In this document: piece by piece, positions 1 to 11,397 of the stretch
Position numbering within the stretch: position 1 is the first letter of the stretch
Layout: each line of letters begins with the position of its first letter
Assembly (NCBI GenBank): GCA_963801815.1
Contig: CAWDGJ010000002.1
Span: forward strand, 32,001-96,000
DNA length: 64,000 nt
Reading direction: 5' to 3'
Source: an uncultured Verrucomicrobiae bacterium
Lineage (GTDB): Bacteria; Verrucomicrobiota; Verrucomicrobiia; Chthoniobacterales; UBA10450
Program-made: the position numbers and the translations under genes
The notes under the pieces: model-generated
What the model was told of the DNA's origin: nothing
Seen by the model: the letters and a program-made list of their open reading frames with translations, nothing else
Databases searched by the model: none

Positions 1-800
1 GAGCCATCGAACTCGACCCGCGTAATTTTTTCATGCTCCAACAGATCGCACTCAGCTATCAGGAATTTCGGCAGTTCAGCGCAATGGCTGAAGCACTGGA
101 TCGTGCCCTCGCCCTGACCCCGCGCGACGTCGATACTCGTGTTACCCGCGCGTTGGTCGATCTTGAATGGAAAGCCGACCCGAAGCCGTTGCGGGACACC
201 ATCGCGCAAATTTTATCCGAACATCCGCAAAGTGCTCCAGATGTGGCAGCTCAATGGTTTTACGCCGCGTTATGCCAACGAGACCATGCCGCGATCTCAC
301 AAGCGCTGGAGGCCATGCCCGCTAGTGGCATATCGATCGACCTGAATTTTCCTCGCTCACTATGCAAGGCGTTGGCTGCTCGTTTGCAAGGCGATGCGGC
401 TGCGGCTCAAAAGGCATTTTTGCAAGCGCGAGGCGAAATTGAGAAAACAGTCAAAGAACAGCCCGACTATGCTCCCGGACTTTCCGTGCTTGGACTCGTC
501 GACGCTGCACTGGGTCGGAAGGAAGATGCTTTGCGCGAAGGTCGCCACGCCATCGAGCTGCTTCCAGTCACTAAAGACTCCATCGATGGCGCCGAATTGG
601 TGAAATATCTCGCAGTCATTTACGCTTGGTGCGGGGAGAAGGAACTCGCAATTCAGCAGATCGCCGCAACACTCCGAATCCCCAGTACCTTGAGCTACGG
701 CAATCTGAAGCTGCACCCTTATTGGGATCTGCTCCGCGGCGATCCGAAGTTCGAGAAGATTGTTAACGATCTCGCACCAACCAAACGCGAGAAAAACTAG
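1..800 (+). CDS. TPR-repeat protein, C-terminal part (5' end outside the window)
   Basis: Frame is open from position 3 (AIELDPRNFFM...). TPR-like helices and a C-terminal 'LKLHPYWDLLRGDPKFEKIV' tail typical of TolB-like/TPR signalling proteins. Confidence 0.75.
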   Translation, partial: AIELDPRNFFMLQQIALSYQEFRQFSAMAEALDRALALTPRDVDTRVTRALVDLEWKADPKPLRDTIAQILSEHPQSAPDVAAQWFYAALCQRDHAAISQALEAMPASGISIDLNFPRSLCKALAARLQGDAAAAQKAFLQARGEIEKTVKEQPDYAPGLSVLGLVDAALGRKEDALREGRHAIELLPVTKDSIDGAELVKYLAVIYAWCGEKELAIQQIAATLRIPSTLSYGNLKLHPYWDLLRGDPKFEKIVNDLAPTKREKN

Positions 801-833
801 ATCCGCATCAGCGGTACTTGGATTGCTCGGCGC

Positions 834-3800
834 TCAGACTGGAGCAAGCTCCTTCGGCTGCGGCCCAGGTTCATCGTGAGGATGAAAATGCGCACTGCGA
901 AGAAACGGAACTTTGTCGAGGACATGTTCCTGGAACCATTCGAGCCATAGATAAATCACCGGAGTCACGAACAGCGTGACCATTTGTGAGAAAATGAGAC
1001 CGCCGACGATCACCAAACCGAGGGGGCGACGTGAGGCCGCATCCTGACCAAAGCCGAGTGCGAGCGGAATCGCACCCATTAAGGCAGAGAGAGTTGTCAT
1101 CATGATTGGGCGAAAACGTTCCACGCTCGCTTCGTGAATGGCGGAGCGCAGGTCCCAACCTTCGTCGATTCGTTGCAACGCGAAATCGACGACCATGATT
1201 CCGTTCTTCTTCACGATGCCGAGCAACAAGAAAAGTCCGATCACGCTGTAGAGCGACAAGGTCGATCCAAAAATCCAAAGGGTGAATAAGCCGCCGACCA
1301 CCGCCGGCACGATCGCCGGAAACAAAACCGTGATCGGATGGACATAGCTTTCGTAAAGAATTCCCAGAATCACATACATCACGAAGATCGCGCCGATCAA
1401 AAGCAACGGCAGCGCCTGAAACAATTGCCGAAACACGAGAGCTTCACCCTGGAACGTCGATTGCACGCTCGGCAATTCCTGATGCACTTGCGCGAACGAA
1501 TCTTCAATGAACTTCGTTGCATCGCCGATAGCCTCATCCGGGAGCAAATTGAAATTAATCGTGACACTGGTGAACTGATCGAAATGATTGACCGCCTGTG
1601 GTCCCAGCACCTGACTAGTCGACGTTACCGCGCGCAGCGGAACGAGATCGGCCGCTGTTCCGGTTGTAATTGCGATTCCTGGACTACCGCCTAGCTGGCC
1701 AATCGCATTTCCGCTGTTGCTGCGGACATAGAGATTGTTGAGATCACCGGGGGTTGAGCGCTCATCGTCCTGCACTTCGAGAATCACCTGATATTGATCG
1801 TCAGGTTGCTTTATCAAATAGACATAGTTCTGGGAGTAAGCGGTTTTTAATAGACTTTGAATAGCGGAGGTTGAAACGCCGTAGGTCGCTGCGCGCTCGC
1901 GGTCGATGTTGACGGTGAGGTTCGGTGTGCTGTTGTAATAATCGGACCGCACGGATGCAAACCCCTTGAAAGTGCGCAGCTTCGCCATCATTTCATCGGC
2001 AGCCTTGTAAACGTCCTCCGGAACGATTCCGCTGATAGTGTATGCGTACTGCCCCTGCGTTTGGTTGGTCGCGCCGACATTTATTTGCAAAACCGGACTC
2101 GGAGAGATAACCGCGGTCAGTCCGGGAATGGTGCTGATCGATTTTTGCAGTCGCAGCAGACACTGCTCGATCGGATCGCGCTCCTCGCGCGGTTTGAAAA
2201 CGCAAAAAATAATTCCCTGCGATAATGCGGTCCGCGATCCGGTTCCAGTGTTCGTGAAAAATTGCGCAATGCTCGGGTCCGCCTGGAGTTTCGCGTTTAC
2301 CTGTTTCTGAAACGCGCGCATCTGATCGGGCGAGGCACCTTCCTGGGTAATGAAAACACCGCGAGCAAAGCCGCTGTCTCCGACCGGTAGCAGGGTAAAA
2401 GGCAGGTGAGTGAAGAAAAAGACAAGGCCAACGATACAGGCGAGCAAAATCGGAACTGTCAGCCACGCCCGGTCCAGGAATTTATCCAAGGCCCGGCTGT
2501 ATGCGGCTATCACGCGCTGGATGAAATCGCCGGTCCATTTTTCCATTCGGGCCTTTTTGTGACCGGCTCTGCGCTCACCCAGAATGCGCGCGCACATCAA
2601 CGGCGTCAGGGTCAGGGAAATCAGACCGGACGCGAGAATCGCGACGATGATGGTAATCGAAAATTCCTGAAAAATCCGGCCGAGCAATCCCGGGAGCAAA
2701 ACCAGCGGAATAAACACCGCCGCCAGCGAAAGTGTCATTGATAGAATGGTGAAGGAAATTTCGCCTGCGGTGTTGTAGGCCGCTTTTAAAATGGATTCGC
2801 CGTGCTCGGCGCGGCGAATCACGTTTTCTAAAAAGACGATCGCGTCGTCGACCAAAAATCCGATGGCCAGGGTGAGCGCCATCAAAGTCAGGTTATTGAT
2901 GGAGAAGCCGAGCATGTACATCACGACAAAGGTGAGCAGCAACGAAAGCGGCAGGGCGACGGCCGGAATCAGGGTGTCGGTGGCGCGGCCGAGAAAAATA
3001 TAAATGACCATCACCACCAGTACGAACGCGATCATCAGGGTCAGCCGCACGTCGTGCACCGAATTCACGATGGTTTGCGAACGATCGAACACCGGGAGGA
3101 AGGAAATCGATCCCGGCAAACTCGCGCGCAGCTCGGGGAAAAGTGCTTTCACTGAATTCGCAACTTCGACAGCATTCGCGCCCGCCTGCCGCGAAACCGC
3201 GAGGACAACGGTGGTTCCGGGCGGCCGCGCGAATCCGCGCACCCAGAAGAAGCGGGAAGTGCGCTCGTCCTGCACACCTTGTTTTACTTCGGCAATGTCA
3301 CGCAAATAGACCGGCGAACGATCGTTGTTCCGAGCGACGATCAAATTGCGATAACCTTCCGCCTGGTCGATCTGCCCGTTCGGCTGAAGGACAAACGTGC
3401 GATGTGGGCCGTCGAATTGGCCTGCGCCGGAGTAAACCGTTCCCGCTTTGATCGCGTTTGCCAGATCGTCCATGGTTAATCCGCGTGAAGCCAGGGCCGC
3501 CGGGTCGGCTTTGATTCGGATCGCGCCTTGAACGCCATAGATATTCACTTGCGAAACGCCGGGGAGGATCGACATGCGCTGGGCCACAACAGTGGATGCG
3601 TACTTATATAGATCGCCGTCGGTCAGCGTGTCCGACATGAATCCGACCAGATAAACTGCCTGATCGTTCGGGTTCGTTTTGCTGAATGTCGGCGGACTCG
3701 GCAGATCAATCGGCAATTTGCCGGTCGCGCGTTGAATGGCAGCCTGCACGTCGGTCGCCGCGTCGGTGATGCTTTTGCTCAGCACAAATTGCAGTGTCAG

Positions 3801-4037
3801 CGAGGTGTTACTCTGCGTGCTTGAGCTGGTGATGATGTCGAGCCCGGGAATTTGGAGAAATTGTTTTTCGAGCGGCGTGGCAATGTTGTTCGCCATCGTG
3901 ACCGGATCCGCGCCCGGATACGCGCAACTGACTTGAATGATCGGGTAGTCAACCGCCGGAAGATCGTTAACGGCGAGTTTGTTGTAGGTCGCAATCCCGG
4001 CAACGATTACCGACAGCGTTAACAGCACTGTCATCAC
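834..4037 (-). CDS. RND efflux transporter permease (AcrB/MdtBC family)
   Basis: 1067 aa with motifs GFLVDDAIV, GIVKKNGIM and RFRPIMMTT. In-frame sequence continues upstream (GLSGPFIRRPV), so the true start is probably near the ATG at 4199, hidden by indels. Confidence 0.93.
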   Translation of the reverse strand: MMTVLLTLSVIVAGIATYNKLAVNDLPAVDYPIIQVSCAYPGADPVTMANNIATPLEKQFLQIPGLDIITSSSTQSNTSLTLQFVLSKSITDAATDVQAAIQRATGKLPIDLPSPPTFSKTNPNDQAVYLVGFMSDTLTDGDLYKYASTVVAQRMSILPGVSQVNIYGVQGAIRIKADPAALASRGLTMDDLANAIKAGTVYSGAGQFDGPHRTFVLQPNGQIDQAEGYRNLIVARNNDRSPVYLRDIAEVKQGVQDERTSRFFWVRGFARPPGTTVVLAVSRQAGANAVEVANSVKALFPELRASLPGSISFLPVFDRSQTIVNSVHDVRLTLMIAFVLVVMVIYIFLGRATDTLIPAVALPLSLLLTFVVMYMLGFSINNLTLMALTLAIGFLVDDAIVFLENVIRRAEHGESILKAAYNTAGEISFTILSMTLSLAAVFIPLVLLPGLLGRIFQEFSITIIVAILASGLISLTLTPLMCARILGERRAGHKKARMEKWTGDFIQRVIAAYSRALDKFLDRAWLTVPILLACIVGLVFFFTHLPFTLLPVGDSGFARGVFITQEGASPDQMRAFQKQVNAKLQADPSIAQFFTNTGTGSRTALSQGIIFCVFKPREERDPIEQCLLRLQKSISTIPGLTAVISPSPVLQINVGATNQTQGQYAYTISGIVPEDVYKAADEMMAKLRTFKGFASVRSDYYNSTPNLTVNIDRERAATYGVSTSAIQSLLKTAYSQNYVYLIKQPDDQYQVILEVQDDERSTPGDLNNLYVRSNSGNAIGQLGGSPGIAITTGTAADLVPLRAVTSTSQVLGPQAVNHFDQFTSVTINFNLLPDEAIGDATKFIEDSFAQVHQELPSVQSTFQGEALVFRQLFQALPLLLIGAIFVMYVILGILYESYVHPITVLFPAIVPAVVGGLFTLWIFGSTLSLYSVIGLFLLLGIVKKNGIMVVDFALQRIDEGWDLRSAIHEASVERFRPIMMTTLSALMGAIPLALGFGQDAASRRPLGLVIVGGLIFSQMVTLFVTPVIYLWLEWFQEHVLDKVPFLRSAHFHPHDEPGPQPKELAPV

Positions 4038-4205
4038 CGGCCGCCGAATGAACGGACCGGAAAGTCCGGTGCCTTTGACCGGAACTAATTTTGGCGATTG
4101 CGGCGTGCCGCCGTGCGCGATGTCGAGCTTAGACGATCCTGATCTTGGGCTTCGCGTTCGCCGTTACCCGAACCGTCGCTGTTCGTCCGAGTGATTCATG
4201 GAAAA

Positions 4206-5387
4206 TTACATCGCGCTCTTGTCAGAAGAAGCGTTCGGATCGGCTGATGCGTTTGGTGCGTACGGCTTGGGATCGACTTTTGTTCCAGGCGCGAGCGCGA
4301 GCTGTCCGGTTACAATAACCGTTTCATCTGGCTCAACACCGCTTTCGATAACGGTGAGATCGCCGTCTTGACGTTGTCCCGGTTTCACAGGACGAAGGTC
4401 GACAGTGTTGTCCGGCTTCAGGACAAAAACGAATGGTCCGCGTTGACTAATCTGCACCGCTTGCGACGGCACCAGGCGCGCATTCTTGATCGTGTCGAGA
4501 ATGAAACGGACACGGACAAACTCCGACGGCCACAACGCGCGATCAGGATTTGGGGTAACGGCGCGCGCTTTGACCGTGCCGGAGCCGGGTTGAACAGCGT
4601 TATCGATGAAATAGAGATCACCAGTGCGCGATGCGATCTTGGCGTCAGGCGACCACGTTTGAACCTTAACGTTCGGGCCGCCGAGATACTTTCTCACTAA
4701 GGCCAAGTCCGTTTCCGAGACGGTGAAGTCAGTGTAAATCGGATCGAGTCCTTGAATCGTGACCAGCGAAGCGCTGGATGGGCCAACCAGATTTCCAATA
4801 TCTACGTTGCGTAAGCCAATTCGTCCGTTGATCGGCGATTTGATGTAGCAATAATCGAAATTCACCTGCGCAGCCTCAGCCGCTGCTTGAGATTTCTGGG
4901 CGTTGGCCACCGCGGTCGTAATCCTGGGGAGCGTTCACCCCCTTGGCGCGGAGATCTGCCTGCCGTCTCAATGTTACTTGGTCTAACGCGGCTTGCGCTT
5001 TCGCCTGGTCGAGAGCGGCTTGATAGGGCGCAGGGTCGATGGTGAACAGCAAATCGCCTTTTTTCACTTCAGCACCATCTTGAAAATGACGCGGCATGAT
5101 TTTGCCGCTGATTTGCGCCTGGACTTGGACTGTTTCGTACGCGGCGCACGTTCCGATTTCGTCGAGATAAAGCGGAACGTCTTTACTGATTACCTTCGCG
5201 ACCAACACCGGGCGTAATGGCGGTTGGGTAGATTTCGCCGTCGCAACGCCGCGTTGAAGTGTCCGCGCGACTGCAAACGCGGCGAGGACAACGAAAAGAA
5301 AGATGCCCCAGCGCGGAATGCGTGACTTCTTCTCGACGAACAGTCTTCAGTCGGTTCGTCTCTCCTGAACTTGAGTTGCGGCACCAT
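4206..5387 (-). CDS. RND periplasmic adaptor (MdtA-like), frameshifted (probable sequence errors)
   Basis: Pieces in different frames: N-terminal TM segment (RIPRWGIFLFVVLAAF), VKKGDLLFTIDP (4876-5208), and IKSPINGRIG/IDNAV (4206-4910). Shifts near 5350 and 4913. Confidence 0.85.
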
Positions 5388-5413
5388 TCCCAGATCCTAA
5401 TCGAATTCCCATA

Positions 5414-5903
5414 CTAGTTGTGCCCGTTCTTCGCGCGAATTCGAGCTACGGCGTGTTTTCCGTTTCCATTCCCCTTCTCCGCCTTTTGTCGGATGGAGTT
5501 CAGAACGCGCATACACGTTTGCAATTCCGACCAAGGAATATCGTCGAGCAGCTCATGACGAAGTTTGAACGCCGTAGTCCTGATCTGTTCAATGACCCGT
5601 TGAGCGCGCGGCGCCAGATGAACCGTTTTGCAACGGCGATCGTGCGCCGCGTTCTTGCGAGCGACCCAGCGATCACTTTCCAGCCGATGCAACAAAGTAA
5701 CAAGCGTCGGCTCTTCAATTCCAAGATGCGAGGCGATCTCGGCCTGAGTCAGCGGACCGGGTGCCACCGATAAATGCATCAAGCGTACGCCACTTCGCCT
5801 GACTCAAGCCCATTGGCTTGAGCCGCTCGTCCAATTTCAGTCGCCAAGCCCGGGCGGTACCATGCAGGAGCGGACCAAAAAGATCGACGTCGTTAACCTT
5901 CAC
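5414..5903 (-). CDS. MarR-family (SlyA-like) regulator, frameshifted near 5780
   Basis: ORF 5715-5903 (ARAWRLKLDERLKPMGLSQAKW) joins ORF 5414-5782 (LTQAEIASHLGIEEPTLVTLLHRLE...DRR) by one extra base. Confidence 0.85.
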
Positions 5904-5913
5904 GGGTAAAATC

Positions 5914-5927
5914 GTTAGCTTGCTAAC
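5914..5927. promoter_or_regulatory. SlyA-type operator palindrome GTTAGCTTGCTAAC; TTGACA on the minus strand at 5948-5953
   Basis: Minus strand reads TTAGCAAGCTAA, the SlyA box consensus, 10 bp upstream of the MarR GTG start. Confidence 0.75.
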
Positions 5928-5963
5928 TAATTCCAGAACCGAAGCAGTGTCAATGCCACCGGG

Positions 5964-7427
5964 TTACTCGATTTTGAGCAGTAAAATCGACTCCTTCCGG
6001 TAGTCAGTCGAGCGCATGATCCGCCGTGGCACGCGCGGCGCCCATCGATTGCTTTCCAAAACCTCCTGTTCGCGTTCTGGCCGAACCAACAGATAAGTCG
6101 CGCTGGTGGGAATTTCGTCGATGTCGCCCGCGTAGACGAGTTTCGAGTGCATGTAGAAGAAGATCGGCTGATAGTTGGGATCCAGCGCGTAAACGGTTTC
6201 GTTGATCGGAATGTTTGATTCAACCTGGGCGGCAAGACGCTTGATTCTTTGCCGGCGATCCATTTTCGGGACGACTGCGATCGCATAAATCCACATCGCA
6301 ACGCACGCGAGCACCACGATGCCGGCAATCGTCTTTTCGCGTGCCTTGAACGAAAACGATTTTCCACCCAACCACCGTGGCCAGCGAAGATTTTCCTGCG
6401 TCAGTGTCATGGCCAGAAGCCAGATTGCTGGAATGATCGCCGGCATGCCGTATCGCGGAATTGAGCCCGGCACAAGATCGACAATCACAAACGGAACGAT
6501 CGCGCCCCAAGCCAATGCGCAGGCAAGTTGTCGATCTTTCTCCGCGAAATCCGCGAATCGAACCAACGGGAGAAAAATTACCCACGGCAACAGATAGAGA
6601 ACCCCATGTGGCATGTTGAAAATCCAGCGGCCAAACTCAAAATCCGTTCCGAGAAGACGCCCGGTAAACTGCTGAGACCATTTCGTCGTTGCGGTGGCTT
6701 GATTCGTCGCCTGCATGAATGGAATCGCCCACGCGGCAAAGATCCCGAGCATTAAGACAATTCCGACAAAATGCGCGGGATGAAACAGGGCGCGCCATTT
6801 TCGACCCTTCCAAATCACAGCGATCACAACGCCGTAAAAAAATACGAGAAGGACCGGCCCTTTCGCCAACCAACCGAGGCCGAGGAAAACAAATGGAATT
6901 GTCCAAATCAGCCACGGGGATTTTTTTTGCAACCAGAAGGTGAGCCAGAAAACGATCGCGAACGCGCAAAGCGAAACGTAAAGGGCTTCGATTTCTGCCA
7001 GCCGGCCTTTCTCAATTATGCCGGCATTAATTAACCACATCAGGGCGGCAAGGATCGATCCGCTCGGTCCAAGACTCGCGCGCGCAACAGTGACAAATGC
7101 GATCGCGACCAAAAGAACGCAGGCCACGGAAGGTATCCGCGCAGTCCATTCGTTCTGGCGGCCAAACACTTTGACCGAGGCCGCAACGAGCCAGTTAATC
7201 AGCGGCGGTTTGCGAAAGTAAGTTTCGCCGCCAACCTGCGGGACGAGGTAATTGCCAGTTTGCAACATCGTGATCCCCGGCAGGATTCGCCGACCTTCCT
7301 CGCCTTTGATCGCGAGCGAACCAAGTGACGGCAGGTAAAGCGCCGCCCAAACGAGAACGACGATCATCAAATTGCCCGGGCGTGAGGTCATTGAAGACTG
7401 GAATGTTGGACGCTCAATGCCTGCCAT
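5964..7427 (-). CDS. ArnT/PMT-family (GT-C) glycosyltransferase
   Basis: Multi-TM protein with EEGRR, YFRKPPL, EWTARIPS and LAKGP motifs. Start uncertain. Confidence 0.85.
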   Translation of the reverse strand: MAGIERPTFQSSMTSRPGNLMIVVLVWAALYLPSLGSLAIKGEEGRRILPGITMLQTGNYLVPQVGGETYFRKPPLINWLVAASVKVFGRQNEWTARIPSVACVLLVAIAFVTVARASLGPSGSILAALMWLINAGIIEKGRLAEIEALYVSLCAFAIVFWLTFWLQKKSPWLIWTIPFVFLGLGWLAKGPVLLVFFYGVVIAVIWKGRKWRALFHPAHFVGIVLMLGIFAAWAIPFMQATNQATATTKWSQQFTGRLLGTDFEFGRWIFNMPHGVLYLLPWVIFLPLVRFADFAEKDRQLACALAWGAIVPFVIVDLVPGSIPRYGMPAIIPAIWLLAMTLTQENLRWPRWLGGKSFSFKAREKTIAGIVVLACVAMWIYAIAVVPKMDRRQRIKRLAAQVESNIPINETVYALDPNYQPIFFYMHSKLVYAGDIDEIPTSATYLLVRPEREQEVLESNRWAPRVPRRIMRSTDYRKESILLLKIE

Positions 7428-7440
7428 TCAACCCCTCAGC

Positions 7441-7468
7441 TTGACGCATCCTCCCGCGAAGGTAAATT
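7441..7468 (+). promoter_or_regulatory. Putative sigma70 promoter of the nusA operon
   Basis: TTGACG-N16-TAAATT upstream of the leader hairpin. Confidence 0.55.
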
Positions 7469-7490
7469 CAAGTCCTAGTCCGCGCCGGAA

Positions 7491-7519
7491 GGAGTGGGAA
7501 ACGATGTCCCACTCTTTTT
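7491..7519 (+). terminator. nusA leader hairpin/attenuator (rimP-leader-like)
   Basis: Stem GAGTGGGA/TCCCACTC followed by TTTTT, ending 21 nt before the nusA ATG. Confidence 0.7.
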
Positions 7520-7540
7520 GGTCTGCGGACTGGATGTTTT

Positions 7541-8815
7541 ATGAACGCGGAAATAGCAGCGATGCTCGATTACATGGAACGGGAGCGCGGAATCAAACGC
7601 GAAACCCTCCTCGAGGCACTTTCCACGGCGCTGCTCTCAGCTTCAAAGAAAAGCGTCGGCGCCGCGCGTGATCTCAGGATCGATATCGACCCGAAGACTT
7701 GCGACATCCGCGCCCTGGCAAACTTAATCGTGGTAGAGAACGTGACCAATCCGCAGGACGAGATCGCGGTGAATCGAGCGCGTAAGCTAAAGCCGGACGC
7801 AAAAATCGGCGACACAGTCGAAGTGGAAGTGACGCCGAAGAACTTCGGACGCATCGCCGCGCAAACTGCCAAGCAAGCGATGATGCAGCGCATTCGCCAG
7901 GTCGAGAAGGAGATGATTTACGAGGAGTTCAAGGATCGCGCCGGCGAAATCGTCAGCGGCACAGTGCGACGATTCGATCGATCGGATGTGATTCTCGATC
8001 TCGGCAAATTTGAAGCGGTCATGCCGCAGCGCGAGCGCGTTGTGGTTGAGGATTACAATGTTGGGGATCGACTTCGCGCCTACGTTGTCGCGGTCGAGAA
8101 TGGATTGCGCGGCCCGGAGATCATCGTTTCACGCAGTCATCCGAATTTTGTTCGACGTCTTTTTGAATTGGAGGTCAGCGAAATCGCCGACGGAACCGTG
8201 GAGATTCGCGGTATTGCGCGGGAAGCTGGTTATCGAACAAAGATCGCAGTCTGGAGTGCGAACGAAAAAGTCGATCCGGTCGGTGCGTGCGTCGGGATGC
8301 GCGGTTCACGAGTGAAAAATATTGTCCGCGAGCTCAACAACGAGAAGGTCGACATCATCCGTTGGAGCTCCGATCCGAAGGAATTCGTTTTGGAAGCTTT
8401 GAAGCCGGCGAAGGTCAAAAGCATCAAGTTCGATCCAGAAAAGAAGGCAGCCCAGATTTCGGTGGATGAAGACCAGCTTTCGCTCGCGATTGGGAAGAAA
8501 GGACAAAACGCGCGCCTAACGTCGCGATTGACCGGCTGGGAAATCAATATCGACAAAGACACATCGGCGACTACTGCAGTCGAGCAAAAGGTCGCCCAAG
8601 CGGCGCAAACCTTGGCCAAGGCACTGCCGATCACGGACGAACAAGCGGTAACATTAGTGAAATCCGGATTCACGAACCTGGAAGGCTTGCATGCCGCTGA
8701 CGTTCAAGATTTGGTAGACATCCTTGGTGTGGATGAACTGAAGGCGCAGGAAATTCACGAAGCGATCCACAAACAGGATGCAAAACAAGAAGCGGGTTCG
8801 GCTCAACCGGGTTGA
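7541..8815 (+). CDS. nusA: Transcription factor NusA
   Basis: FGRIAAQTAKQ, S1 and KH domains (DPVGACVGMRGSRV; AIGKKGQNARL). Confidence 0.98.
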   Translation: MNAEIAAMLDYMERERGIKRETLLEALSTALLSASKKSVGAARDLRIDIDPKTCDIRALANLIVVENVTNPQDEIAVNRARKLKPDAKIGDTVEVEVTPKNFGRIAAQTAKQAMMQRIRQVEKEMIYEEFKDRAGEIVSGTVRRFDRSDVILDLGKFEAVMPQRERVVVEDYNVGDRLRAYVVAVENGLRGPEIIVSRSHPNFVRRLFELEVSEIADGTVEIRGIAREAGYRTKIAVWSANEKVDPVGACVGMRGSRVKNIVRELNNEKVDIIRWSSDPKEFVLEALKPAKVKSIKFDPEKKAAQISVDEDQLSLAIGKKGQNARLTSRLTGWEINIDKDTSATTAVEQKVAQAAQTLAKALPITDEQAVTLVKSGFTNLEGLHAADVQDLVDILGVDELKAQEIHEAIHKQDAKQEAGSAQPG

Positions 8816-8835
8816 GCCATGAATAATTTTTTGAA

Positions 8836-11028
8836 ATGGCGACAAAATCGAAACCAGTGGCAAAGAAACCGGCGGCCAGGAAGCCGGTTGCTCATAAACC
8901 CGCCGCCAAGCCTGCTGTTTCGAGAAGGAAAGTAGAGCCGGCGCATAAACCGGCGCACGCGCCAGCCAAGGCAACTCCCGCTACCGCGCCCAAACCGCAG
9001 CCAAAACCAGCGCCACCGCACCGCCCAGCCGCCCCAAGCGTTTCGTTGATCGATAAGAAGCAGCCGCAGAAGAAGGCTGACGGCGAGATCAAAAAGAAAA
9101 CGACGGTGTTGCCACCGATTTCGCGGATTAGGGAATCGCTGGCTGGAACTTCCGTTCCCGCGCCACCGAAAGCTCCCGAGCCCCCTCCAACTCCGCCGAC
9201 AACAGACGGCACGGCCGTTGAAACAGCACCGGCCGCAGCTGAAGCGCCGGCGCAAAATGTAATTCACATCAAGCCGCCGATTATTGTGAAGCAACTCGCG
9301 GTCGAGCTCGGTTTGAAACCGCACCAGCTCATCGCCGAATTGATGTCGTTCAACATTTTCGCGAACATCAACCAGACAATTGAGCCTGACATCGCGTCGA
9401 AAATCGCCGAAAGCCATGGATTCGTTCTCGAAAAAGAGCGGCGCGAAAAAGGCGCAGGTGTTCATAAAGTCGAGCAGGTCGTGGTCGCGCCGCCGAAGCC
9501 GGTCATCGCGAAAAAAGAAGAATTAAAACCACGCGGGCCAATCATCACCTTCATGGGCCACGTCGATCACGGCAAGACGTCATTGATGGACGCAATCCGC
9601 AAGACCCGCGTGGCCTCAGGAGAAGCCGGCGGAATCACGCAACACATCGGTGCCTATTCGGTCGATCATAAAGGCCACAAAATTACTTTCATCGACACAC
9701 CGGGCCACGCGGCCTTCACAGCGATGCGGGCGCGGGGCGCGAACGTCACCGACATTGTTGTGCTCGTGGTCGCAGCGGATGACGGCGTGATGCCGCAAAC
9801 CATCGAAGCAATCAACCACGCCAAGGCTGCGCCCCATGTCGAAATCATGGTCGCGATCAACAAGATCGATCTACCCGGCGCGAACATCGACAAAGTGAAG
9901 AAACAGCTTCAAGAACGCGATCTCACTCCGGAAGATTGGGGCGGTAAGACGGTAGTCTGCGAAGTTTCGGCCACTCGCGGAACGGGCATCGATCATCTGC
10001 TCGAAATGATGTTGTTGCAGGCGGAGGTGATGGATTTGAAAGCGTCGCCGACTGCGACGCCGCGCGGCACAGTCATTGAAGCGCAAGTCGAACCAGGACG
10101 AGGTCCTACCGCGACGGTGATCGTCCAGATGGGCACGCTCCAGGTGGGCGAGCCATTTATCTGCGGCGATTATTCGGGAAAAGTGAAGTCGCTGGTTGAC
10201 GATCGCGGCAAGCCGATAAAAGAAGCTGGCCCCGCGACGCCGGTGAAAGTTCTTGGATTTACTGGTCTGCCGAACGCGGGCGATGAATTCCTGGTGATGG
10301 AATCGGAACGCACCGCAAAAACCTTGAGCGAGGAACGCTTGCAGTCCAAGCGCGCTGAAAAACTAACGGTGCCGCCCCGCGCCACGCTCGAGACGTTACT
10401 CGAAGCCGCGGACGGCAAGAAAGCGTTGCGGTTGGTTTTGAAATGCGATACGCAAGGATCGGTTGAAGCGATCAGCGCGGCGCTCAATCAAGTCGAGAGT
10501 AAGAAGGTCGATCTCGAAATCATTCACGCTGGCGTAGGACCAATCTCCGAATCGGACATTTTGCTGGCGAGCGCATCGAACGCGGTCGTTGTTGGATTCA
10601 ACATCAAAGTTGAAAACATGGCGGTCACAGCCGCAAAGCGCGAAGGCGTCCAGGTCAAACTTTACAGCATCATTTACGAGCTGATCGACCAGATGAAAGA
10701 CGCGATGGCCGGATTGCTCGAGCCGGAATTCCGCGAAACTGTGATCGGTCACGCGGAGGTAAAACAAGTTTTCGAGTTGAGCCGAGGCATCGTCGCCGGT
10801 TGTTTGGTGACCGACGGACGAATCGCGCGTGTCGCACGCGCCCGCGTTACGCGCAAACGGCAGCCAGTTTATGACGGAGGAGTTTCAACGCTGCGTCGCT
10901 TCCAGGACGATGTGAAAGAGGTTCGCTCCGGCTTGGAATGCGGTATCAAGCTTGGCGACTTCAGCGAATACCAAGTCGGGGACATCATTGAGTGTTACCA
11001 GCTCGAAGCAATGGCCCAAAAATTGTGA
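8836..11028 (+). CDS. infB: Translation initiation factor IF-2
   Basis: [26 protein letters not shown]; Pro/Lys/Ala-rich N-terminus. Confidence 0.98.
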   Translation: MATKSKPVAKKPAARKPVAHKPAAKPAVSRRKVEPAHKPAHAPAKATPATAPKPQPKPAPPHRPAAPSVSLIDKKQPQKKADGEIKKKTTVLPPISRIRESLAGTSVPAPPKAPEPPPTPPTTDGTAVETAPAAAEAPAQNVIHIKPPIIVKQLAVELGLKPHQLIAELMSFNIFANINQTIEPDIASKIAESHGFVLEKERREKGAGVHKVEQVVVAPPKPVIAKKEELKPRGPIITFMGHVDHGKTSLMDAIRKTRVASGEAGGITQHIGAYSVDHKGHKITFIDTPGHAAFTAMRARGANVTDIVVLVVAADDGVMPQTIEAINHAKAAPHVEIMVAINKIDLPGANIDKVKKQLQERDLTPEDWGGKTVVCEVSATRGTGIDHLLEMMLLQAEVMDLKASPTATPRGTVIEAQVEPGRGPTATVIVQMGTLQVGEPFICGDYSGKVKSLVDDRGKPIKEAGPATPVKVLGFTGLPNAGDEFLVMESERTAKTLSEERLQSKRAEKLTVPPRATLETLLEAADGKKALRLVLKCDTQGSVEAISAALNQVESKKVDLEIIHAGVGPISESDILLASASNAVVVGFNIKVENMAVTAAKREGVQVKLYSIIYELIDQMKDAMAGLLEPEFRETVIGHAEVKQVFELSRGIVAGCLVTDGRIARVARARVTRKRQPVYDGGVSTLRRFQDDVKEVRSGLECGIKLGDFSEYQVGDIIECYQLEAMAQKL

Positions 11029-11046
11029 CGGGAATGAGAGGGCTTT

Positions 11047-11397
11047 ATGAAACATCGCATGCTGCGGGTCAACGAAGTCGTCAAACGGGAACTAAGCGGG
11101 ATCCTCACCCGCGAGATTACATTCGAAGGCGCGCTGGTCACTATTAATCACGTCGAAGTCACTTCGGATCTAAAAAACGCGCACGTCTTTTTCAGCGTGC
11201 TTGGATCAGCAACCGGAGAGAGCATAATGAAAAAACTCGAGGAGCACCGCCCCGCTTTTCAATCCGAACTGGCGCGCCGTGTAACCATGAAATTCACGCC
11301 TCATTTAGTTTTTCACCACGACGAATCGATCGCGCGCGGTTCGCGGATCGTCGAAATATTGCAGCAGATCGACAGCGACAACGGAAAAAAAGGGTGA
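11047..11397 (+). CDS. rbfA: Ribosome-binding factor A
   Basis: RMLRVNEVVKRELS, VEVTSDLKNA, TPHLVF; follows infB. Confidence 0.95.
   Translation: MKHRMLRVNEVVKRELSGILTREITFEGALVTINHVEVTSDLKNAHVFFSVLGSATGESIMKKLEEHRPAFQSELARRVTMKFTPHLVFHHDESIARGSRIVEILQQIDSDNGKKG

Noticed and set aside
8836..9260. Histone-like Pro/Lys/Ala N-terminus of IF-2
   Set aside because: Variable low-complexity N-termini are normal for IF-2.
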